Assembly: GCF_964194155.1 (NCBI RefSeq)
Contig: NC_135898.1
Location: 7,874,001 to 7,938,000, forward strand
Length of the DNA: 64,000 bases
DNA from: Cetorhinus maximus
Taxonomy: Eukaryota
Direction: 5' to 3'
Every line of letters starts with the position of its first letter. Positions within the stretch are counted from its first letter, which is position 1. A model generated the notes under the pieces. It was not told the DNA's origin. It ran no database searches and saw only the letters and a program-made list of their open reading frames with translations. This document shows positions 11,174 to 23,900 of the stretch, one piece after another. A program made the translations under genes and the position numbers.

Positions 11174-12644
11174 TAACTCCATCTTTCTTTTTAAAAATAG
11201 TTCACGTTTTAACTAGCCAAATGTATGTATGTCATGAAATAGTGCGACAGAAAAATATATATATTGCTTACAATTTCTTCCAAGTTAGGTTGAACACTGA
11301 TGGGCTTTTGATGCTCTGGGAACAGCTCAGCACTCAAAACAAGATTTTTAGTTCATCTGGGATTCAAAATGATACCACTTTGAAAAGGGAGAATGGAAAC
11401 TTTTCTGCAAGAGAGCAACAACCTGGGCATAAGAACAGATGCAGAAACTTTCTAAAAGGAGGATAATGAGAAAGCGGGCAGTTTGCATGCTTTATACTGC
11501 CAACCGTGTCCTCAGTTTGATTCATTCAGTCCCTCCATCTAGATAAGCTGGTGATTCGAAGCCTCCTGTTGTTGGGAAACCGTGTGGCTGTTTGTCGGTG
11601 CGCTTGCTTCATTTCTGTGATCACACTCGCTTTCATACCCACGTTTACGTTGTGACACATCTCGTCACATTTACAGCCCCAAATACAATCACCTCCTGTC
11701 ATAAATTAACATGATGCTGCTGCCCTACTTCATCCACATGAGCCAAACTAAAGAGAAATAAACACAATGAGCCAAATTAGAACTGGCCAAACACACCGCA
11801 AATTTGAAAAGAAAGAGAAACAAGACATTTCTTTTTGTAAACATTTGTGCTAAGCCAAGACCAATTTTGTTGCAACCCATCTTCTTCCTGCTCAGGCCCT
11901 GGTGATCAGAAACTGAACTCAGACTCCCTCAGTGCCTTCCCAAAAGTCCAATGTCGGATTTCATACATCAAAGTGCAATTAGATTCTGTACCAGACATTT
12001 TAAGTGTGCTTTCCACAAATAGGATACCTGATTACAATATTGCATAAATCTTCATGTTCAAATCATTGACTGTTGGCTGTCTATCACATACTTGACCATA
12101 TGGCACATGATCATCGTGCTAATGAAAATTCAGAAAACTCGACCACCTACACAGTCCATCCCTACTCCTGCTATAATCTGACTATGTGCTAATGTGTGGA
12201 GATTTGTACCTTCCTGGTCAGACAAAAGTTCATTCTTTTTACTGGTGACTCCATGGTGTAGACTTGCAGCAAGTGGAAAATGACATATTCACAAGAAAAT
12301 GAGGGGGCATAGACTCGGTGGCGAGGAATTGGAAATGGTTCAGGTCTTGGCTTTTTGATTAGAATGGAACACCCTGGTCAGAAAACCAGTCCAGTTGCTG
12401 GGTGACCTCCCTGTGCACAATTCCAGGGTTGATGGCTTTTGGCTACATTGTACAAACAAAAATCAGCAACAGCTCAGACATTGGGTAGGGCTGACTGCAT
12501 TCATTCAGGCAAATGGGATATTTTTCCCCAATCATTTTCTTCATTTCATTTCATTTCATTAACATATCCTTCATTCACTGTTGAATAGGTCACATCTCCG
12601 CTCCCCCCAGAATCTCTCTCATGTCCCAAGAAAAGCAAGTTTCA

Positions 12645-13040
12645 AGTCACGAGGTTCTGGGTTCAAATGCCACTCCTAGGGTTGAGCTCAAGGATCAAGT
12701 AAATACCCCAGTGCAGTACTGAGGGTATTGCCTTGCAATGCTGCACTGTCAGAGGTCCCGTCTTTGAGGTGAGATGTTAAATTGACTCCCGTCTGCCTGC
12801 TCGGGTGGACGTAAAAGATCTCACGGCAATATCCTGGCCAATATTTTTTCCTCAACTAACAATACATAAAAACAAACAGATTATCTGGTTATTTGCCTGT
12901 TGCTGTTTGTGGGATCTTGCTGTGTGCAAAATTGACTGCTGTGTTTCCTACCTTACAACACTGAACATCCTTCAAAAAGTACTTGATAGATGATTGACAT
13001 CTGGTGATCATGAAAAGTGCCAAATAATTGCAACTTTTCG
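12645..13040 (+). mobile_element. Deu-domain SINE (in the candidate RASSF2 3' UTR)
   Basis: ggttcaaatgccac B box; gctgcactgtcagaggt...ggtggacgtaaaagatc core. Confidence 0.7.
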
Positions 13041-13419
13041 TTCAGCGCGACTTGTGGACTGAGTAGATAAGGCGACACCGTCTCTCCCACAAGGCAGCAG
13101 GTTTTAAGTCCACAAGATGGCACGGGAGACTAACAGAAACGTGAAAGATCCAGTGGCCTGGAACCCCCCTATTCAACTCCATAATTTAACAGGTATTGTG
13201 CAACCAATATAGACCATCAACCAGCAGAAGCAGCTGCCCAGGTTCAGGTCCCCTATCCTCTCACCTACCTGACATAGCTTATTGGCGATTGCTGTGCACT
13301 TGAAGCAAGACTGGATTCGTCCATCTGCTTACAGGCTTCCTGAGGCCCCACTGCTCACAGTGGTGCAATATTGTTACTTCATCCACCTCCTAACTGGAGA
13401 AGTCACATTACTGAGGGAA

Positions 13420-13845
13420 AAAACAAGACTTGCATTGATATAGCGCCTTTCAGAATGTCAGGATGTTTTCCCAAAGCGCTTCAGACACCAAACTTTACTT
13501 CTGTAAATTGTAACTCATGTCTGAAACATGGCAGGCAACTTGCACACAGTCAGTCTCCACAGGCAGAAACGTGATCATGACCCGACCATCCGTTTTAGTG
13601 TTGTTACATGGAGTGAAATATTGGCCAGAATGCTGGGGAGAACTCTCACGATCTTCTTCAAAATAGTAGCATGAAATCTTTATTGATTGCGTGAGGGGGC
13701 AGAAAGGGCCTCAGTCGAATGCCTCATGCGAGAGGACAGCATCTCCACCAGTGCAGCATGCCATCAAAGAATTCTGTATCCCACTGTCTGGAGCAGCACT
13801 TGACGCCACAACTTTCTGACTGAGAGGCAGGAGAGCAGCCATGTG
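13420..13845 (-). mobile_element. Deu-domain SINE (in the candidate RASSF2 3' UTR)
   Basis: Reverse-oriented copy of the same family. Confidence 0.65.
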
Positions 13846-14299
13846 AGAAGATCAACAGGACAAGAGAAAAGCCACAGAAATAGAGACAGCTGGAAAAGTC
13901 AGGTGCTGGTCTGGTTTTCCCTCTTTTCAATGGGGTTAGTCTTACAAGCCTCTGCAGAACACTGAGGTTTAAGAGAGCAACATTTCAAAGTAGCTTTTGT
14001 GCTGCAACCCAATAGGATTGTTCACCAATAGTTTCATTCCTTGTGCTCTCGGATTTCAATAAAACATTTGACATTCATTTGCCAATCTGTGGCTCACCTA
14101 AGTTGAGTACCATGACACCGCTCAGGTTGCAGAGAACCCCAGAGATCTAACCTACCCTTAACATTCGAGTCTGTTCTAGAACAGTGATCAAAAAGTAGTT
14201 TAATAGCAAAATGGAGTGGTTCGAGGCGAATTATAGTATTGTTACAGCATAGAAGACGGCCATTCGGCCCATTGTGTCTATGCTGGGATGGTTCAGGAA

Positions 14300-14713
14300 T
14301 CGGGTTGCCAGTTCTGATTGGATGTATTCCCAAAGGTCTCATCAGGATGTCCTGACCTCTCCCCACCTACACCACCTGCCACGCTCCTGTCACTGCTCAT
14401 CCAACTTGTCTATCCTCATGGTTTTCCCAACTTTTCACAGCAATTAGAAATAAGCAGAGTCTTTATCACTCACTTTGTTGATTCTCAACTCAGCCTTTTC
14501 TCCCAAAACTCTTATATTTCTGAAAGAATTGCAAGTGTTCAAATAAAATTGGTGGGGGTTGGAGGGGGGCGGGGGGGCGAATGGTGGCAAAGGTGATGTT
14601 TTTGAATGCTCCTCCGACATTTTCTCACCTAGATTTTGTTCAGAGTGCTGAGCGGAAGATTCATCTTCAGTTGCTGAAGACCTGAGGGAAATTCAAGAGA
14701 GTTGGCAACCCTG
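14300..14713. mobile_element. hAT-type MITE with 8-bp TSD
   Basis: TIRs tcgggttgcca / tggcaaccctg; TSD ttcaggaa at 14292-14299 and 14714-14721. Confidence 0.8.
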
Positions 14714-14893
14714 TTCAGGAACCCCTCCCAGCTAACATTTCTCCACAGGTGCCAGTCTGGAAGGTGCATGTATGTCCCACTCGTCGGTAGGTAGTGAAGT
14801 GCATAGTCTATGCGTCATGGCCCAGACGCTAACAGCCAAGAGCGCCTGCTCAAAACCATCCCGTACCAGTCAATCCAACCGCTGTGCCGAGTC

Positions 14894-14963
14894 TCAGATA
14901 TGTGCCCAGGACTCTGTCAGCTCTTGCACTCGTGTCTCAATGATCGCACGCATCACTGAATAC
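14894..14963 (-). CDS. RASSF2: RASSF2 last coding exon ([22 protein letters not shown])
   Basis: ttccag| acceptor; TGA at 14896-14894; completes the SARAH helix. Confidence 0.9.
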
Positions 14964-17900
14964 CTGGAAAAAGAAACATCGTCATCTCAGGCTACATTTT
15001 GAGTGACAGTGCAGCACTCCCTCCATACTGCGCCGGGAGTGTCAACCTGGATGAGGTGGTCAGGAACGGAACTTCAACACACAACTATCAGTCTCGGGCA
15101 ATAGTGCTACTCCCTCAGTTACAGCTGACAGTGCAAACTTTAAGAAATATTTCACTTAATCCCTAATTTCGCCTCATACTTTATTCTTGAATGCTCTTAA
15201 CCTTTCACTTCCAAAGCGAATGCAAACTGAATAGAATTTAAGGGGAGCAGGTTGAGAGAGACCTTGGTGAAGACAAATCTTTGAAGGTGAGAGGACAGGT
15301 TGATAAGTCTGTGTAAAAACCATATGTGATGTTTGGCTTTATAAAGAGAGACTTAAGGGTACAAAAGTAAGAGAGTTTTTGTCAACTTTTATGGTGTAAA
15401 GTATTGGGCAGGAAAGTAGAGTTGAGGTAAAAGATCAGGCATGTTCGTATTGAATGGCAGAGCAGGCTCGAAGGGCCTAATGGTCTACTCCAACTCTAAT
15501 TTCTTATGGCCAAAGCCTTCCCACTGTTAAGTGGAGATCTTGCACTGGCCCAATAAAACAGAGGTTTGTCTCTCATCCATAATCAATATCTATATCCGTA
15601 ATTTTATTCAAGAAATCTGACTTTAGCCTGTATATCCTGCCAGCTTTTTCACTCACATGTTCCCGTGTTTTTAGTTTTCATTGGAATTTCCTGTGTAAAC
15701 ATGTCATGCTGTTGTTACACCCTCCCACCAGTGGCGGCGCTCCAAAATTCTTCCAAAAAGTAACGTTTGACAGAAATATTAAAACGTGCAAAGATATACT
15801 CTAAATTAACCCAGAGGTGTTCAGTGGTCCTACCAAAATTACAACCATGAGCAACAATTCACCTTTATCTTTTCCAAAATGGGCTCCCCCACCCCACCTC
15901 CCGAAAAACCAAGAAAACATCAAGTTGGCCCACAGTGCTGAGATTTGGACAGGAACTCACTTGCGTGTTAACTTTTTGACTTCTCGATCTTCCTCTTCCT
16001 TCAGTTTTACAATAAAACTCTGCAGCACTGGCATTTCAAATTTGATGTACTGAGCAACCTATATTCGGGTAAGAGAGAGTAAAAAGACAAGAAATATATA
16101 CAAATTGAGACAAATATTTGGAAATATTTCAACATGAACCAAACATTAATACTTCCCCTTCTTACTTCCTGGCATTACAGCTGAGGTCGATTGTAATCGG
16201 TTAGGGAGGCAAATAAGAATTTCACACAGATGTATGAATCTGATACATGTTTGAGCCTCCTTTGAACCTTTATTCATCATAATGGAAAATTCCTATGTAA
16301 ATGAGTCATGCTGTAATTACACCTTTGTGCCTGTGGTGGCAGTGCAGCACCTCACTTGTTCATCTCTGAGCTTGTTCTCCTGCACTCCCAACAAATTCTA
16401 ATCCTCTACTTGCCATTAGGACTGTGTAAAAATCAGACCCAGAAGATTAGAGTGATCTCAACCAGCCAGCTTGCCTCACACACAGAGCCTGGTCAGGGAA
16501 ACTCAGGTCACCCCTGGTGATGAGGTAGAGAACATTCTCATTTGTCCTGGGTGGACATGCTTGCAAAGGTCCCTGCATTGTCGAGTGTGCAGCAGCAATG
16601 AACCCCAGCAGCACAGCTCTTTCCTGCGCACATAAGACCATAAGACGTAGGAGCAGAAGTAGGCCATTCGGCCCATCGAGTCTGCTCCGCCATTCAATGA
16701 GATCATGACTGATCTGATAATCCTCAACTCCACTTTCCTGCCTTTTCCCCCATAACCCTTGATTCCCTTACTGATTAAAAATCTGTCCATCTCAGCCTTG
16801 GATATACTTAATGACCCAGCTTCTACAGCTCTCTGCAGTAAACAATTCCACAGATTCACTACCCTCTGAGAGAAGAAATTCCTCCTCATCTCTGTTTTAA
16901 ACGGGCGCCCCCTTACTCTGAGATTATGCCCTCCGGTCCTAGATTCTCCCACAAGGGGAAACAGCCTCTCAGCATCTACCCTGTCAAGCCCCTGAAGAAT
17001 CTTATATGTTTCAATAAGGTCACCTCTCATTCTTCTAAACTCCGAGTACAGACCCAACCTCCCTCCATCCCCAGAATCAACCTAATGAACCTTCTCTGGA
17101 CTGCCTCCAATGCCAGTATATCATTCCTTAGATTAGGGGAACCAAAACTGTTCACAGTATTCTAGGTATGGTCTAACTAGCGCCTTCTATAGTTTTAGCA
17201 AGACTTCCCTATTTTTATACTCCATTACCTTTGGAATAAAGGCCAGCATTCCATTTGCCTTACTGTCTTTTGGCTTTCTGACTCCCTACAAATCGTACCC
17301 AATCTTTGCTCGGAGCTCTTTGCCAAGGTCACTGCAAGGCTTGATGGGGGAATGGTCATGGTGACTGCTATCCTGTACCTCAAGGGGTGCCAGGAGAAAA
17401 CGCACATCCATTCATGTGTTTCAGCCCATTGTGAATCCCACACATGCACTCACACACCGGCAGCCCATCTCGTTCTCGGTCTGTACCATTCAAAAAGAAT
17501 AGTTTCTCGATTGCAACCTCCCTCAACCATAGCCCCACAGGCAATTCAATCGATCAGTAAACATGAAAAAGGGACTCACATCATAGGTGACCTCTTCACC
17601 CAGGTCTTTCTCCATCAGAAATATTTTAGCTATGGCTTCGCATGGTCCCTGAAGAATACGGGAGATCAGAGGGTAGTCTGAATTCTTCAATTTTGTTCTT
17701 TCTGGAGAGAGTTACACCGTCAAAAAGATTAGAAAGAAACCTGTTCCAGTCTTCACTTAAATTGTAAATTTTTGTAAATTGTAATTTTGCAACTGCAGAA
17801 GATGCAACACCTGCCCCTTTACTTCCTCTCTCCTCACCGTCCGAGGGCCCAAGCACTCTTTTCAAGTGAAGCAGCATTTCACTTGCACTTCCCTCAACTT

Positions 17901-20900
17901 AGTCTACTGCATTCGTTGCTCCCAATGCGGTTTCCTCAACATTGGAGAGACCAAACGCAGACTGGGTGACCGCTTTGCAGTACACCTTCGGTCTGTCCGC
18001 AAGCATGACCCAGACCTCCCTGTCGCTTGCCATTTCAACACTCCACCCTGCTCTCATGCCCACATGTCCGTCCTTGGCTTGCTGCATTGTTCCAGTGAAG
18101 CTCAGCGCAAACTAGAGGAACAGCACCTCATCTTCCGACTAGGCACTTTACAGCCTTCCGGACTGAATATTGAGTTCAACAATTTTAGATCATGAACTCT
18201 CTCCTCCATCCCCACCCTCCTTTCCGATTTTCCCCCTCCTTTTTGTTTTTTCCAATAATTTATATAGGTTTTTCTTTTCCCACCTATTTCCATTATTTTT
18301 AAATTTATTTCCATCCATTGTTTTATCTCTACCTTTTAGCCTATTTCGATCCCTTCCCTTCACCCCACCCCACCCCCACTAGGGCTATCTGTACCTTGCT
18401 CGTCCTGCTTTCTACCCTTAATTAGCACACTCCTTAGATAATATCACCACCTTCAACACCTCTTTTTCCTTTTGTCTGTGACATCTTTGGTTATCTCCAC
18501 TTATCACTGGCCCTCTATCCAGCTCTTCTTGTCCCAACCACCCCCTTAAACCAGCTTATATGTCCCCCCTTTTCTATTTTTCCTTAGTTCTGTTGAAGAG
18601 TCGTATGGACTCGAAACATTAACTGTGTTCCTCTCCGCAGATGCTGTCAGACCTGCTGAGTTTTTCCAGGTATTTTTGTTTTCGATTTCCAGCATCCGCA
18701 GTTTTTTGCTTTTCTCACTTAAATTGTTCTGTGTCCCCACTGCAACAGGGGAAAGAGTCAGTGTGTACGGTCCTGTGTTACATAAGAACCTAAGTAATAG
18801 GAGCAGGAGTGGACCATTACACATTAAACTCTCGGAGTTGAGTAGGAGTAGAGGAGTAGCCCCACCATTCAATAAGATCACGGCTCATCTTTGCCCTCAA
18901 CTCCACTTTCCCGTCCAATCCCCATATGCCTGAGACACCCAAAATCTGTTGATCTCAGTCTTGAATATATTCAATAACTGAGCATCCACAACCCTTTGAA
19001 TGAAGACATTTCTCCTCCTCTCAATCCTAAATAATGGGCCCTTATCCTGAGACTGTGCCCCCCTGTTCTAGATACCCCTGCCAGGAGAAACAACCACTCA
19101 GTATCTCCCATGTCAAACCCCTTCTGAATCTTGTATGTTTCAGTCAGATGGCCTCTCATTCTTCTAAACTCCAGAGAATAGAATGTACTCAGCCTCGCAT
19201 CCTAGGATACCCCCTCATCTCAGTGACCAACCTAGTGAGCCTTCGCTGTAACTACCTCCAATGCAAGTATATCCTTCCTTAAATACTGAGAGCAAAACTG
19301 TACACAGTGTTCCAGGTGTGGTCTCATCAAAGCCCTGTACAATTGCAGCAAGACTTCCTTATTCCTGTACTCCAATCCCCTTGCAATAAAGACCAACATT
19401 CCATTTGCCTTCCTAAACGCTTGCCAGTTAGGCACATGCTAACTTAGTGTTTCTTGTGCAAGTCTACCCTAAAATCTCCGAACCTGAATATTTACAAGTT
19501 TCTCACCACTTAAATAAAATTCTGATTTTCTATATGTGCTAACCTGCATGGTAACATCATACGATGTCTGTGTGTACTCTTCTGTGTCTTCCTCTATACT
19601 GAGCACATGAGTAAGATGCAGAGCATATACCCACACATCATATCACAAGGTCACTGTGTTTGTGGCCTGTCTCTGACCCTGTCAAGTTACACTACCTCAC
19701 ATGGTAGCTACATCCTTATACACAGAGAGAAGACATTGGTCAACTCAAAGAATACGAAACCTTCTATTTTGATATCGTTGTTTGCACACCTTTGGAATTG
19801 AATGGAAAAGAATTTTTGAAAAAAGGTCCAAAATGCTGAAGAAGCTGAAAGGGAAAGGACAAATTTGACGAGGTGCAGGATTGAGTGCTGGAAATCTGCT
19901 TCTGGCTGTCCGTGAGCAGCCAGCCTAAGTCAGCCCAGTTCCCAGATAGACAGGTGAACATCTGCTGATCTTCTGTCAAGGGTGGCGGGGGGAACATCAT
20001 CCACTCAGGTGTCAACCAGAGGGGTACACTTTATTTTCATCCATGGCTAAGCCAGCATTTATTGTCCATCCCTTACTGCCCTTGTTCAGAAGGTAGTTAA
20101 GATTCAGCCACATTGCTGTAGGCCAGACCGGGGAAGGATGGCAGATTTCCTTCCAGAAAGGACTCTCGTGAACTGGGTGGGTTTTTACGACAATCGGCAG
20201 TGATTCATCATTAGACTTTTAATTCCAGATTTTTGTGGAATTCAGATTTCACCACCTGCCAAGGTGGGATTTGAACCTGGAATCCAGTGACAATGCCTCT
20301 AGCCCAGTGACAATACCACTGTGCCAACGCTTCTCCCGAAATCTCCAAATTGGCCTGAAGATCTGGACCAATCTGTTGTGTGTTTTCACCAGATTCACTG
20401 CCAACCTGTGAGATTACTTTGACATTAAATTGACTCATTTCTCCCTGGTGTATGAACTTGCTGTGCAAGATCTCAAGAAAGACATACCCATCAGCCACTC
20501 ACCTCCGCTGGTGTGAACAATATAAAGTGCAAATTCATCAGAACTGTTTTCTATCTGGAAAGAAAAGGGGGAAAAAAACATGACAACACCTTTCAAAATC
20601 TTGTCCCTTGTCCAAGGCAAATCTCTCAACTTTGTGACCTCTCTGACCCCGCCATAGATCCCCACCATTTCCTCCCAATCTCCTTTCCTCTGTTAGCATA
20701 GGCCTTGACCTACAACAACCTGCATTTACATAGTACCTTTGCTGTTCAAAAGAAAGGCTCAATGCCTTGCCCTGGGAGAACCAGACAAAGAATGAACATT
20801 GAGCCTAAGGACTCGGAGGGGAGACCAATAATGTGGCCAGAGATGGATTTGAAGAAAAGCAGTGAGGAGCGTGGAGAGATTTCAGAAAGGAATTGCAGAC

Positions 20901-23900
20901 GATGCAGGGGTTTGTCTGACTGAAAGCATGGTTAACAATGGTGTGGTGAGGGGTGCGGCACATGTGTACAAGAGAACAGAGGTAGAGGGACAGAAATGTT
21001 TGAGGGAGTTAGACACTGCTTGCAGGGCTGGAGGAGGGTGACTGAGAAAGGGAAGGGATTGAAATGTCAGGAAGCGGGTTTCAATTCAGAGGCAGCAGAG
21101 GAGCTGGAGCCAATGCAGTCCAGTGAGGACACTGGTGATGGGTGAATGGGGCAAGGTCTGAGGCAGTGCGCAGGGAGCAGTGTTCGACCAGCTGAAGTTT
21201 CTGGAGGCTGAGGGCATGGGAGAGCATTGCAAGAGTTGAGACAGAAGGAAATTCCAGTGTATGCTGGAGTGAATATCGAACAAAAGTCTGACAGTACAGG
21301 GGCAATGGAATTGTTAGCATTCCCAAATAGACAAAAAGTCCCAGGTCATACAACACAACACAGAGAGTTGGTCTCACAGCTCTTGTGAAAGTACTTTCTG
21401 GATGAGTGAAGGCATTAACTAGGTGTTGTAACCAATTCACGTTCATTCCACAGCTTGCAAATCGTGAACTATTTCTCACCAACACCTCTTTCCTCCCACT
21501 AAGTCGGAGAAGCTGGTTTGTGCCTGCCAACTGCTTACCTTAAACTTGTTGAGGAGTAGGTTTAGGACCTGAAGAGTGCTCATGGTGCTGTTCACACGGA
21601 CATTAGTAACAGAACCAAACGCAGGAGTGAAGACAGACGTCTGCAGAAAGAGAGAGGAAGAAAATCACAGAATGGTTACAAGTGCAGAAGGAGGCCATTC
21701 AGCCCATCATGTCTGCACTGGCGAGAGAGCGTGTTCCACAAGGGACTATGTCAAAGAGACAATCCAAACAGAGGTAGAGCAGAAAGTTGCCACTGATTTT
21801 TTTTTAAATCCGTTCCCAAGATGTGGGCTTCACTGGCTGGGCCAACATTTGTTGCCCATCCCCAAGTGAAGGTGGTGGTGAGCTGCCTTCTTGAACCGCT
21901 GCAGTCCATGTGGTGTACGCACACCCACAGTGCTGTTAGGGAGGGAGTTCCAGTTTGACCCAGTGACAGTGAAGGAACTTAGCATGAAAACCATTCCCCT
22001 CATGGGAGCACAGCATCTAATCAGTGTGATGAGAATGAGAAAAATCTCAAAGGGGTATTCAGGGCTTTTATCCAGTGAAAGCTTTTAATGTATCGATAAA
22101 TAATAATAAATAATAAAGAATAAACCAAAGCAAAAAACACTCAGCACACCAGGCAGTATCTGTGAGAACTTGGATGTTTTGAATCATGAACCCTGTTTCT
22201 CTTTCCACAGATACTGCCAAGCCTGCTGAGTATTTCCAGCATTTTCTGTTCTGACTTTAGGTTTCCTACATCCACCGTGTGTTTCTCTTTCCTCCTTGTG
22301 TGTCAGACAGCGTCATATCTGATTCCTGACTGCTCGATACTGACCCTGCTCACCCAGCACGGGGGTCTCCCTGATCAGGGGAAGAGACACAAATGGCGGA
22401 ATTGTGCGCCGGTGGGATTTTACAGTCTGGCCGAAGTCAACGGGCTTTTGAACGGCTCACCACATTTTACATTTTACCCCGCTCCTGTGAAATTCCACCC
22501 CAATGTATTTTACATATTCCGTGAACACGTGCGTTCAGCCACGATTGAAGAAACAGGTAAAAAGGTGATTTGAGTGAGAAGGCAAGAGGCAAGGTGATAA
22601 AGCCTCCAAGGATATATTGAAGCAAAGTTGGCAAGCTGACAGGCAGTGCAATGCTCCAGAACGTTCACACTGTACTCAGCCAGGCCTGCCAGCGGAGTGA
22701 AGCTCTGCCACACTGTGGCGCCATTTACCACCCTCTCTTGGCGTCCCGCTAAGTGCTAGATCAATCGGTGACCCACCTTATGGTTATAAAAGTGACCATT
22801 GATAGAGAAGCGATGTCGTCTAATTTTGCGCTTGTCACTCGGTGACCGCAGATTTGCCCTCCGGAAGATCAGGGCTCCGGCATCACTCTTGGTCCGCATT
22901 AACTGTGAGCTCCCTGCATCACCCGAGCTGCACTCTTGGAAATCTGGAGAAGCAAAAGGGGAACAGAGTGTATTCATTCCCCGCTACCAGTCTCTTCCTC
23001 TCAGCTAAACAGTCACCCACCCTCCAGCCCGAGGCCACATATCCAGGCCTGGCCATTCAGTTGTCAGCGGGCTATTCCTCCCTGGAGGCCTTGATCCTCA
23101 CCGAGGATGAGTGAAAATGCCACTCCCCCCTCACTTTCCCCTCCAGCCCCAGCCGTTGGATGAAGAGGCCCAGCTGATCAGAAAGAGAACCATCCATGTC
23201 CCAGCCTTGGCTCTTCTTCCCAATGGAGCCAGTCTGGAACAAGCACAAAGTCAAGAGATCACCTCTTGGTGGTTCTGACTGATGAGAGAGCCAGGCTGGG
23301 GGGGCAGGAGAAGAGGGTGAGTGGAGGGGGGGAGGAAGAAAACACAAGGAAAATGGCCAAACCCAACTGTCCACTCGCCGGGAGAGTCGCTGGGAGTGGT
23401 TCACAATAAGGATGGATCTGCAATGAGACTGAATCGGTCACGGACCAAGAGGTAACTGCAGACTTCCATCAGCTCCACAGTGACATATCTTGGACTGAAT
23501 TAGATCTTTACTTGATCATTGGCCAGGTCGCTCAGCACAGAAATTAGGAAAATGCTACTTCACACAAAGGCTGGGACACATGTGCAACTCTCTCCCACAA
23601 ATGCCAACTCAATTCATACGGTTGCCAACTGTGATTCAATGTATTCCTGGAGGTTTCATCACACGGTCTTGCCCTCACACTCCAGGAATTAGTCGGCCAA
23701 CACATCCATCCTTGTGATGTACAGCCATCCTGCACCAATTGGAGAGCAGAAAGACTCATTACCCAATTGGACTCGGATTGACTATCAGCCCAACAGCCTT
23801 TTTTTGTTCCCAATTTTCAATATTTTTTTACATCTGGTAAAGAGAAATGTTCTTAGAAAATGACAAAAAGTCCCATTTGTTTTGAACGTCCGGATGATTT

